Origin: Trichodelitschia bisporula | Taxonomy: Eukaryota | NCBI GenBank assembly: GCA_010356995.1 | Contig: ML996712.1 | Span: 1-64,000 of the forward strand | Direction of reading: 5' to 3' | Length of the DNA stretch: 64,000 bases | Shown: positions 52,978-64,000 of the stretch, one piece after another | Numbering within the stretch: the stretch's first letter is position 1 | Layout of the letters: every line of letters starts with the position of its first letter | Notes under the pieces: generated by a model | Databases searched by the model: none | What the model saw: the letters and a program-made list of their open reading frames with translations, nothing else | Told to the model about the DNA's origin: nothing | Translations under genes and position numbers: made by a program

Positions 52978-55544
52978 TTCTAAGACGTGCGAAAAGACGG
53001 TGGGAGCGACTGAAGCGAGTGACGAATACGAAGACGGCGGCGGATGGTCTTTGAATGGCGTTCCGCAGGGCGCATCTTATATATGCCGTACAGCGCACGG
53101 CGCCTCCCGCGTGGCATCAATGCGCCCACCGAACAAGCCAGGTACGCGAAAGGCTATTCAACGCTTCATCTGCGGGGACCGGGGCCGCACAGAGAGCGAC
53201 GGCATAGCACATGGTGCGCGCAGGCCCGCCCGGCATCAGGCGCAATACCCTACTGCTCACGTTGACCGCCCTGATCCGGCCTGCAAACCCGATTGCAATG
53301 GTGGACCAGCGTACCGGACCTGCACTCTCCGCCACCGCCTCGTTTATCCCAACACTCGTGGTGCTGGGCGTCCGAGGGGCCAATCCGCGGTCGCGGAGGG
53401 TGTTTGTCTGCGACGTCGAGATGAAGCTGTTATTGGTCTTTGGTGTGGGGGATATACAGTGCGTCCGAGCCTGAGCCCGAGCCCTATGGGTCGTTGGGCG
53501 AGGCTTGGCGGCTTGTTTCGTTTGGCACGGAACGAGCAATGCTTGTGGTGATGCGACGCGGGGTGGAGCAAGAGTCGGGATGCCGATCGGGCGTTAGGAA
53601 GAACACATACTCCACTTTCATGCGGAATGGAAGCTGCACAAAAATTACGTCGGACGCGCGTGTGGCGTGTAATCACGATAGGCGAAGAGGGCGTCGGAAG
53701 CGAGAACCCTCGGAAAGCCCTAACCCCCCGGCTCGTCCGTGGAATTCTCGAAGCCTCAAAGGCAGGCAGGGCACGCCATCCACGCGGAACACCAATCGGC
53801 GGGGAACACCAAGCGATCTGGGCAAGACAGGCGATGAGGCGAACTGAGCCCTCAAGCGAAATCTGGGAATCACTTTGCGGCGACATCAGGGCCATTCGGC
53901 GGTTTTCCTGGATAGACCGCGAGCTGATGGTGCTTGCAGCCCTCGGTACATTCATGTCACAGCGGGCGGTGGAGAGATTTCCACGCGGGGTTGTCGATCG
54001 ACACTGGGACCTCGCCTGGTCAGCGCAAGGCGCGCCCGGATGCGGCAATGGCGTCGTTCGGATATCCCGCTGGTGACTAGCGGCAGCCGGCCTGCCGTCG
54101 ACCTCGTGCGAGCCCTCAGGGACTAGCTCGGTGTCGTCCCACAGGCCGTCACTGCGTCCGCGACGAGAAGCAAAGTAGCCTGCATAAGGATCTGTATACG
54201 AAGCCTTGCGTAATCCACCGCCTGCTAAGATGCGCCGAGGCGGCTGCGCTACCCCGCTTTGCGTAGATCCGGGGAAGCGGGCGAGAGCGTTCGTGAACGA
54301 CGGCTGCGCGCCAGGCGGATAGAGTTTGGACCGCAGAGTACCGAGTTCCAGGGGCGATGGCGCTCATCGGGGATCTTAGGCGGGGTGCATTGCGTGCACA
54401 AGGCCTGTGGTGGGATCGATGCAGCGTGTGGAGGGTGCATAATTCGCTCGAGCGCTATAAGAGCCTTTCAGCGTCGTTCGCCATATACCCTTGTTATTAG
54501 CGGTTCGTAGCGGGCGGTGAGGCTGATTGAGGACAGAAGCCCTGGTGGATGCGGGCCCGGGCGTGCCGATTGATTCGAGCTAGATTTCCGCGTTGAGGTT
54601 GAGCGAATGAGTGAAGCTTCTGGGTAGGTATATTTCCGTGGGTGACGGGCCGACGGCGGCAAATATCTGGGTTCGACCTCAAATTGCTGAGATGCAGGCC
54701 ATTCGTCGGCGGATATCAGTCCGCGAAGGTGAAGATGCGAACGCGGCCTTCACAGATGAAGCAGAGAAACGAGTATGCAAGAATGATGAAGCAGATAGTA
54801 AGGCGTTCCACGCGGAGAAGCCGGACAGATGCCGCATGAGGAGCATACTCAATCGACGGGCCGCATTCGGGAGAGAAGACGCTGGAGCTTAGAGCAGACG
54901 AGATACTTTGGAATTCACAAGGTGAAAAATGGATTCCGCGCGGACAGGCGGCTAGACGCTGGGTAGGAAGCACCGCAACTGCAAACCTGGAGTCGAGAGC
55001 CGGCAATCACGCTGCAGACGAAACTGAGGCAAGGCGGCGCGGCGAGATGACGATGTTCGTCGTCCTCTTCCCTTGACCGTTCAGAGTCACTTACTCTATC
55101 TGTTGGCACTGGGTGTTCAGTCAGTGCTCCCCATGTTGTCAAGCATCTGGAAGCGATATGGTATACTTGCAAGAGGTTCGCAGACAGAGGAGAATGCCAT
55201 TCGGCCATTGGAGCAGCAGACATACATTCCAGCGTAAGTACTTCTTACACCTGATAGTCTCTGTCAGCAGTCGTACATCTAGCATCTCATAAGTACTTAC
55301 ATCAAGCGCGTTCCACTCAGGCGAGGTGTTGTGGAAGTGAAGATGAAAAGTGGTGTTCAAGTGAAGGTGAAAAGAAGAGATTTCGCAATGTCAAAGAAGA
55401 GATTTCGCGATGTCGCAGAATCCCTCATCAATGTCGTCATCATCAGCCCCTCATACCTCGCCATCCCTTTCACGTTTAGGCGAAGGGATCATAACCCATG
55501 GCATTAAGAGCGCGCACAAAAATCAGTCCTCTACCCCCAAACAT

Positions 55545-56774
55545 CTACGGCTTCAGTAAAACCTTCCCCATCGTCTTCCTCCCCTCAAGATCCTCATGCG
55601 CCCTCGCAACCTCCTTCAACGGATACACATCATGCACCCTAACATCCACCCCCTTCGCCACCATATCCCACAACTCCTTCGTATATGCTTCCCACTCCTC
55701 CCTCTCCGCAACATACCCCATAAGCGTCGGCCTCAACAGCTTGATATTCTTCGCCGTCAACCGAAAGAGAGCCACCGGCTCCACCGGTCCACTCGCATTC
55801 CCAAAACTCACCAACGTGCCCTTCCGCGCCAAAACCTCGAGATCAACGTCAAAAGTCGCCTTCCCCACGCCGTCAAACACCGCCGCCACGCCCTTCCCTC
55901 CCGTAGCCTCGGCGACTACACGCTTGATCTCCTCCGTCTCATACCCGCACACAACATCCGCCCCCAGCTTCCGTGCGACGCCCTCCTTTCCCTCCCCGAC
56001 CGTCGCAATAACCTTCCCGCCCAGAATCTTCACCAACTCAACCATCAACCCGCCCACGCCCCCTGCGGCGGCGTGAACGAGGATCCAATCCCCCTTCTTA
56101 ACTTCATACGCCTCGCGCACGAACGTCAGCGCAGTGAGACCCTGCAGCAGCGCGGCCGCCGCGACGTCGCCGCCCACGCCCTCGGGGATCTTGGTGGCCA
56201 TCGCGGCCGACGCGAGGGAGTATTCCGCATACGTCCCTTCGCCCATGTACGCGACCCTATCGCCCGGCGTGAGGCCGTATATGTTGCCGGATCCGACGGA
56301 GAGGACGGTGCCGGAGGCTTCGCGGCCGAGGATGTAGGGCATTTTGGGGGCGGGGTACAGGCCGGTGCGGAAGTACCTGGGTTGGTTTAGCTTAGGGGGT
56401 TGGGGGTTTGGGAGAGGAGGGGGGGGAGCCTACGTGTCGATATAGTTCACGCCGATGAACTCGTTCTTGACGAGTACTTGTCCTTTGCCGGGCGAGGGGA
56501 CGGGCGCGTCGGGCGTGTATTCCAACACCTCTCGGCCGCCGGTTTTGTAGATTACGACTGCGGGACCGGCTTTGGGAATTTCGCTAGCCATTGCGCGGGA
56601 GGCTGAAAAGCTGCGATGGGTCGAAGGGAGGCGTGTGGGATTGAGCTGTGCGGTTAAGGCGCGGAGACGAAACGAGGTATCTGAGCGGGTTGAAGCGACG
56701 CGAAGACGAGACGAGGAAATCCAGCGGGTTGGAGCGACGCAGAATGGTAGCTGGAGGACCGCTCGGACAGACAT
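55545..56774 (-). CDS. ZTA1: NADPH:quinone oxidoreductase (zeta-crystallin/MDR family); intron 56377-56433; second in-frame ATG at 56591
   Basis: GVNYIDTYFRTGLY, PYILGREASG, LLQGLTALT, HAAAGGVG, VFDGVGKATF, GTLVSFGNASG, LEGRKTMGKVLL. Confidence 0.95.
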
Positions 56775-57224
56775 ATATGTTGTTTTGGGGAGGAAGTGAG
56801 GTTTATCATGCGCAAGCTGTGAGGTTTGTCATACACAAGCTATTTGGTGAGGGTGGTGGGGCGGTGGGGTGGGGCCGCCGGGACGGCCGGGTAGCTACCG
56901 TAATGCCAGGTAGCTAATGCGGGGTTAGGCTAAGGCCGACGGCGTGGCTTACCGATGCGCGCGGTGGGGGCCGCGTGCCGAAGCGGCGGGAATCACCATC
57001 GGCGTTAAGGGACGTGGCTTGCATTTGAAACATGATAACGCCGATCGGGACGAAGAATGGACGCGGCTGAACTGAAGCTTGATATCACCGCTCGGGATTC
57101 AGGATTAGATTCTACGGTACGTTGTACGGATGTAGACGCTCGGGATTAGATTCCTACGGCGCAGATGCTTAGTATTAGACTCCTACGGTGTAGATACTTC
57201 GGTGATGTTCTGATATCTCGGCCT

Positions 57225-58740
57225 TTACCCAACCAAATCAACCACATCCTCCGGAAACCCCCCCCACAGCAGCGCCTTCGCCGGGACCCTTGCACTCACC
57301 GGACTCAGCACACGCAGCTTCTTCTTCCCCTCATCCACATCCGCGACATACACGTAGCCCATCACACTCGCCATCCTGATCTCATCCGCGCTCTCACTCG
57401 GGTCCGCGTGTGTAACAGCGAGGAGGCTGTTTTGTAGAGCTAGAGATGGGGTGATCTTGTCTTGGGCGCTGCCGTACACTTCGGGCTCGTACTCGTCGTC
57501 GTCGTCCGCGGTGGAGGAGGCGCCGGGGTCGAATGCAGAACTCGTCGCCGCTGAAAAACATTAGCTTTTGCCCGAACGGTAGAAGCGAGAAGGGAAGGGA
57601 GGGGGGCCTACGGCCTGAGACGCGGAATATGGATGTTGAAGCGAAGTCGAGCATTTGCGTGTATGGCGAGAGGGTAACGGCGCCGCGCCCAAAAAAGTAC
57701 TCGCGTATCTGCGCCTGCCGTGCTGCGCGCATCCAGCTCTCATCGCGGTCTACACATCCACCGCTTTTGTCGAGTTTCAGGATGGAGGTTGGGCTGCCCG
57801 GGGGATAGAGCTGTTTGAGGGAGGAGTAGAGGCGTTCGGAGCCGAGGACGATGAGGGTTGTTACTGCGCCGTTAGCTAGGTAAAAGAAGGGGGAATAGAA
57901 CCACGAACCCGAGAACTCGCTCACAATGTACTGAATAAGCTCATAGCCTCCTTTACCGCTGGCGACAGATCCAGACGTATCAACCACACACCCCCCCGCC
58001 CTAACATCCCCATCCTCATCCAGGCGACTCGTAACCGCCAGTGCCAACCTCGTCACCAACCCCTTAAACAACCTCGCATTCTCCTCCGGCACCGCACTCC
58101 CCAAATGATACACAAGCGGCATCTTAACCGGCACCACACTCGGCCCAGAGATAGGACTACTCCCCCACCCCTCCTCCACATCCACCAAACTCGCAAACGT
58201 AGCCGCAGATAACGTGCCCGGCACCGATAGCATGCCCATCCCCGGATCCAAGTTCACAACGACGGTCTGCCTCCGTGCTTTCACCGCATACCCAGTCAAT
58301 ATCCTCACCAGACTCGTCTTCCCACTCCCCGCCGGCCCGACCACGCACACCCGTGGCCCTATCCCCCCTCCCATCTCCGCCGCGTTCCTCATCCCTTCGA
58401 GCGCGAAATGCAGATTCGCATACTGCCCCATCGGCGTCTCCTCCGCCACATACTCCCCATCCGCGGCACCGGTTATCTCGAGCACGCACCCGTGCCAGGT
58501 GTACACAGCCCCCTTGGCGTGCTGGAAGTTGTAGGGGACTTGGGGGGCGAGTTCGGTGCCGAAGAGTTCGGCGGTGCCGGAGAGGAGTTTTATGGTTAGG
58601 GGGGAGTGCGGGGGGGATTCGAAGCGGTACTCTGTGCGGGGGGGGAGGGTGTGCGTCCTTGATGTTGGGGAGGGGGCGGAGGTGGGGGGGGGAGCGTTGG
58701 AGAGGGTTAGGCCGGGGAGGGTGAGGCCGGGGATTGACAT
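57225..58740 (-). CDS. CLP1: mRNA cleavage/polyadenylation factor and polynucleotide kinase Clp1; introns 57864-57908 and 57551-57611
   Basis: EYRFE, LLSGTAELFGTELA, YTWHGC, YVAEETPM, P-loop GPAGSGKTS, LGSERLYS, LDKSGGCVDRD, GYVYVADVD. Confidence 0.97.
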
Positions 58741-59144
58741 TGTGGTGATGTAGACGTAGGTGGAGGGGGAGAGTGGTGGGGGTGGTGGTGTCGCGGTGCG
58801 ACGGGGCGTTCGCTCTGTTTACGCTTACGAGATTGAATCTCCGTGCGATGCAATGGCGAAATTTGCAGCGAAAAGGGTATGTAAACGACGGGGCGGGTAT
58901 TGAGTTGCGTGGAATGCGTTGCGTGGTCGACGCGTTGTGTGGAATGCGGAGGAGCTTGCGGAGGAGCTTTGCGGCGTTAAAAATTCTTGCCTCAGGCACC
59001 AATTTCTGCCTCATCACAACCGGGCCGTTCATGGCATCCACCACAAACGCAGCGAGCGCCGCCAACGAGCTTCAATAATAGTGCTACTGACTGCCTGCCA
59101 TTACTCGCCTTCACCGCACCGCGCCATCATCAGCTATCTGCAGC

Positions 59145-60633
59145 CTAACCCCCCCAGCACTCCTCCGGACACCCACCAGTCCCCCCCTGCCGCATCACAG
59201 TCACAAGCACTCCAATGAGGAGCACCAATCCCGCCCCAGCCCACACCAACATCCTCCCATCCAATACCGGCGGCCGAGTAACGCTCGCCAGCGCACCCAA
59301 CTCCTCCTCAAACCGCTTCGCCATCCTCTCCTTCGAAAAAAGTTCCACAACCCTCTCCCTCCCCCTCCGTCCCATCCCCCTTAACCCCTTCTCATCCCCC
59401 TCAAGCACCCCCCTCATAACCCGCGTCCACTCCTCCACCGCCCCCACATCGCGTAACCACCCTGTCTCCCCCTCAACCACCGTCTCCGTCGGCCCCCCCT
59501 CATTCGCCGACAGCACCGGTACCCCGGCGAGCATAGCCTCCAGCGGCACAATACCAAAATGCTCATTCCGGGGCGTGTACACCAGCAGCCTCGCCGAGGC
59601 CAAGAGCGTCGCCTTCAAGCCGCTCGGGACGGAGAGCAAGAACAGGACCTGAATGTTCGCCGGAATGGCCTGGGCGCTCACGATCGTGCGCGCCGTTGCA
59701 TGGGCCAGACGGAGCGACTCGGCCAGCGCGGCAAGCTCGTTGTGATACTGGACGTTTTCGGGCACGCGCGCATCGTACCCGCCTAGCTCTTTAGTCAACA
59801 TCCCATATCGGCGTAAGAAAAACCCACCCGCGATGACGAGCCGCGTGTTCGTGCGCTCGGCCTCTGAAAGGCGCGCGAAGGCGCGGATAGCGAGGCCTAT
59901 GTCTTTTTTGCGCTCGAAGCGGTTTATGCTAAGCAGGACCCGCGTGTTGGGCCATAAGTGCCCCGTACTCTCCGGCGTGTTCTTTGTGTCGACGCAGGGG
60001 TACACGACCCGTGGCTTGCGGTCCTTTAAGCGGGGGAATACGGACGCGAAGACACCGAGCGTGAAGTTGCTGTTGACGACGATGCCGTCGGCACAGCCTG
60101 TGCTCCAGCTCTCGAGCGCGTCGAATGGGTATCTGTACACGCGCTTGAGCAGCCCGCCCTTCTGCGCGAGCAACTTGTCCGGAAAATGGCAGTAGAAGAG
60201 TAGGCGCGCTGGGGGATACACCCAGCGCAGCAGCGGGACGCCCGCGCTCAACTGGTCCACTACAAACGCGCTTGGCTTCAAAGCGCGCAGCTCGCCCGTG
60301 TACACGATTTGCAGTATGAGGTGCACCTGCCGCAGGATAGCACATAGAATCGCGAAACGGCCTAGAATAGACGGAGGCACGACGTTGCCGCGGACGCGCA
60401 CGTCGAGGGTACCTTTTTACTCAGCTACGGACCTCAGTATGTGCCACCGCACCTGGGGTAGACGTACCATCGCGCGCCTCGTCGAAGCAGTGTGTGGGGT
60501 CGCGGTGCGAGGTGAAGATTGTGACTTTGTGCCCGCGGTCTTGGAGGCCGACGGCTGCATCGATGATGAGCCGTTCTGCACCGCCGATGCCTAGATCGGG
60601 GTGGAAGAAGACTACGTGCTGTGGCGGGGGCAT
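59145..60633 (-). CDS. ALG2: Alpha-1,3/1,6-mannosyltransferase Alg2; introns 60413-60467 and 59783-59827
   Basis: [68 protein letters not shown]. Confidence 0.97.
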
Positions 60634-60862
60634 GGTGGTGTTCCGTCCTCCGTCTCCTCCGCGAACTCCGATGAAGCCGCGTGGAAGCTGGGGATGACGT
60701 AAGCCAAACATGCGACACTATCACGTGTAGGCATCACAACCCCGATGCGACGACGTGCTGCCCGACTCAGCGTTCCATCTCTGCTTGCATTGGAAAGTGA
60801 CTGAATGCCACTGCCATGCCAGCAGCCTTACCCTTCTCTCAACAAACCCACTCCCGGTGACG
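60634..60862. promoter_or_regulatory. Compact bidirectional promoter between ALG2 and VPS15
   Basis: 229 bp between divergent ATGs, with ATGACGTAA (CRE-like, about 60694) and TCACGTG (60721). Confidence 0.45.
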
Positions 60863-63800
60863 ATGGGCCAGGGCTACTCTCTAACCACGCTATCGGCCGG
60901 CGCCGCGGGCATCGACGTGCCCGAGCTATCGGACCTCAACTACGAAAAGTCGCTCGGAAATGCGCGGTTCATGAAATGCATCCGCGCGCGCCACAAAGAC
61001 GGGTTGGTGGTGGCCAAGGTGGTGATGAAGCCGTATCCCAGCCTGAAGCTGGATGACTACGTCCGGACCCTGATAGGTATGTTTGCCTGTCTTGTGGGTA
61101 GCAAGTCTAATAAAGCAGATGAGCGGCGGGTATTGAATGAAATACCGAATGCGCTGGGTTATCATCGGATCATTGAGACGGGGACTAGTGGATATCTCGT
61201 CCGCCAGTATATCCATAGCTCGCTTTACGATCGCATGAGGTAGCCTATTCTGCATATCATGGTATCCTCCCTTCTAACTCGCATCCCCAGCACTCGCCCG
61301 TTCCTCGAAGATATCGAGAAGAAATGGCTTGCCTTCCAGCTGCTCTGCGCGGTGCGCGACTGTCACGCCCAGAACCTCTACCACGGCGACATCAAGACTG
61401 AAAACATCCTTGTCACGTCCTGGAACTGGCTGTACTTGGCTGACTTTTCGTCCTCATTCAAGCCGACCTACCTCCCCGAAGACAACCCGGCCGACTTTTC
61501 CTTCTTCTTCGACACCTCCGGCAGGCGGACATGCTACCTGGCGCCGGAGCGCTTCCTCGGGCCCGGCGAAGATGCCACCGGAAAGCCGCCCATCAACTGG
61601 GCCATGGACATTTTCAGCGTCGGGTGCGTCATCGCAGAGCTGTTCCTCGAGACGCCCATTTTCTCCCTTAGCCAGCTATTCAAGTACCGCTCAAAGAAGG
61701 AGTACGACCCGGAGCACACGCACCTCAACCGCATCGCCGACAAGGACATCCTCGACATGGTCGCCCACATGATCCAGATCGACCCGCAGGATCGGTACAC
61801 GGCCGAGGAGTACCTCAACTTCTGGCGTCACAAGGCGTTTCCCGAGTACTTTTACAGCTCGCTACATCAATACATGTATGTCATCACCGACCCGACGTCC
61901 GGCCGGCGGCCCATCACGGCTGGGAACGAGAATCTCGGCGAGGCCGACGACCGCATCGACCGCGTGTACGACGAGTTCGATAAGATCTCGCAGTTTTTGG
62001 GATACGAGAGCGTGGTCAAAGGCTCGCGCGACCGCTACGGCATCGGTTCGGACACCGTGCTCTTCCCGCTGCAGGTCGACATCCCCAACAACCGCCACCA
62101 AGCATCAGCGTTGAACAACAAAACCGCCGACGACGGCACTCTCATCTTCGTAACGCTCGTCGTGTCCTCAATCCGCAGCACCGCGCGCGCCACAGCCCGC
62201 GTCCGCGCGTGCGAACTCCTCCTCGCATTCGGCGAGCGCGTCACCGACGAAGCAAAGATGGACCGCATCCTACCGTACCTAGTCTGGCTCCTAAACGACA
62301 AGGCAGACATCGTCAAATGCGCCGCCATACGTACGATAACGCAGCTGCTAGCGCTCGTCCAAGCCGTGTCCCCGATCAACGCGTACATCTTCCCCGAGTA
62401 CCTGCTCCCGCGGCTCCAGCCCTTTGTCCTCGGCGTCAACTCCAAACCCAGCCCATGGGTGCGCGCCACGTACGCATCGTGTCTGGCTACCCTCGCGACC
62501 ACGGCGTCGCGCTTCCTAGGCATGATGCAGGCACTGCGCGCGGACGGGACGATCCCGACGAGTGATCCCGAGGCGGAGGATGGCACGGTCAGCCAGTCCG
62601 TGTATCAGAACCTATTCGACCTCGCGCGCGAAGATCTTATGGGGCAGTTTGAAGCGCAGACGAAGGCGCTGCTTACAGACTCCGACTCGGCGGTTCGGCG
62701 CGCGTTTTTGGGGTCTGTGTCGACGTTGTGTGTGTTCTTTGGTACGGCGAAGGCAAGTGATGTTATTTTGAGCCATCTCAATACCTATCTGAACGATAGA
62801 GATTGGATGCTCAAATGCGCGTTCTTTGAGACGATTGTGGGTGTGGCGACGTTTGTTGGCGCGCCTAGCTATGAGGAATTCATCCTCCCGCTCATGATCC
62901 AGGCATTAGCGGACCCGGAAGAGGCCGTGGTCGAGCGCGTTCTGCGTTCTTTTGCCTCCATTGCCGAACTTGGCCTCTTTCAACGCTTCAAGACGTGGGA
63001 GCTTGTTGACGTCGTCGGCCGCTTCATGATGCACCCTAACATCTGGATTCGCGAGGCCGCCGCGCAGTTCATCTCAGCTGCGACTACGTATCTGATGCCA
63101 GCGGACTATCACAGCGTCATAATACCGCTCATCCGCGTCTACTTGAAGGCCTTACCGACGGACCTCAGTCACCTCGCTCTCCTCGATGCGCTGAAGAAAC
63201 CCCTCCCGCGATTGGTGCTCGAGATGGCGAGCAACTGGGCGTTGAAGTCGGAGCACAGCCTCTTTTGGAAGACGGTAAACCAGCAGCACACATTCTCATT
63301 TGGGGCTGGGAGCACGCTGCCGTCCATCTCTGCGCGAGATCTCGGTCCAAAGGCCCTTGGCCGCGTGCGTAAGAATGAGGAGGACGAGAACTGGATTCAA
63401 CGGTTGCGCAATGCGGGCATGACTCCTGAAGATGACTTTAAGCTGCTTGCCATGAGGGAGTACATCCGGCGCTCAGCCCATCGCAAGTCACAAGAGCACG
63501 CCGACTCCACACCCTCCAAGTTGAACGGCATCGTAGCACTGAAGGACCTCGGTATTGCGGCACAAACCATCTTCTTCTCGCAAGACCAGGATCTATTCCG
63601 ACAGAACACGGCACAGATCACGTCTACCGATGGCCACCGCACCATCGCCGAAGCGCTGCAGGACGCGTCGTCACCGACGCCCGAAGCCAAACTCAAACCG
63701 CCCGCAATCGCCACTGACCTCCCCCTCCCCTCTCCAAGCCTCAGCGTCCCCAATTCCGGCCTCCAAACCCCCGCCGAAGGTCCGCATCCCCCGCGCCCTC

Positions 63801-64000
63801 CCCTCGCCACCTCCCCTGTCAACTCCGTCCTCAGCCTCCGCCTCAGCGACCAAACCGTCAACCGCAAACCCAGCGCCATAACCCTCCTCCCCCGCACCGC
63901 CAGCAACAGCACCAAAGCCGTCGCCGAAACAAGCACAACCCCCGCCACCGCCTTCGCCAAACTCGAATCCCTGCCACCCCAAAAACCCCCCCTAACCATG
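60863..64000 (+). CDS. VPS15: Vps15/PIK3R4 (pseudo)kinase plus HEAT repeats; 3' end beyond the window; introns 61077-61118 and 61240-61290
   Basis: Myristoylation-type MGQGYS start; [97 protein letters not shown]. Confidence 0.97.

Noticed and set aside
53000..55400. Many short overlapping ORFs
   Set aside because: No consistent frame, splice model or motif. Treated as intergenic or regulatory DNA.
57085..57200. Short degenerate ATTAGAYTC(C)TACGG repeats after CLP1
   Set aside because: Only three short, irregularly spaced copies; nothing indicates function.

Overview
Eukaryotic DNA from a filamentous ascomycete (Pezizomycotina inferred from gene content and short 42-64 nt GT-AG introns with CTRAY branch sites). 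1-11.2 kb is an accessory region. It holds a HET-domain gene, an orphan ORF, candidate solo LTRs, a truncated copia fragment and a decayed Ty1/copia LTR retrotransposon (5237-10531, 141-bp LTRs about 90% identical, half-tRNA-iMet primer site, mismatched target sites), and that element abuts a 70-bp-period repeat array. 13.8-34.6 kb is a compact housekeeping block: ARO7, MDV1, POL32/cdc27, tubulin cofactor D, MEP2-type ammonium permease, mitochondrial RNA polymerase RPO41, TRS85. 34.9-51.4 kb is a second accessory region with an apparently orphan giant gene (2984-aa ORF, possibly about 3900-4000 aa when joined to its neighbouring ORFs) carrying a long 11-residue amphipathic repeat, three paralogous 64-nt introns upstream of it, a four-exon orphan gene, and a near-perfect 105-nt hairpin. 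52-64 kb holds a secreted Pro/Ala-rich protein, a zeta-crystallin quinone reductase, CLP1, ALG2 and VPS15 (runs off the window). No rRNA, tRNA or true CRISPR-Cas system was found. All calls were made by eye with no database searches, so novelty claims are hypotheses.
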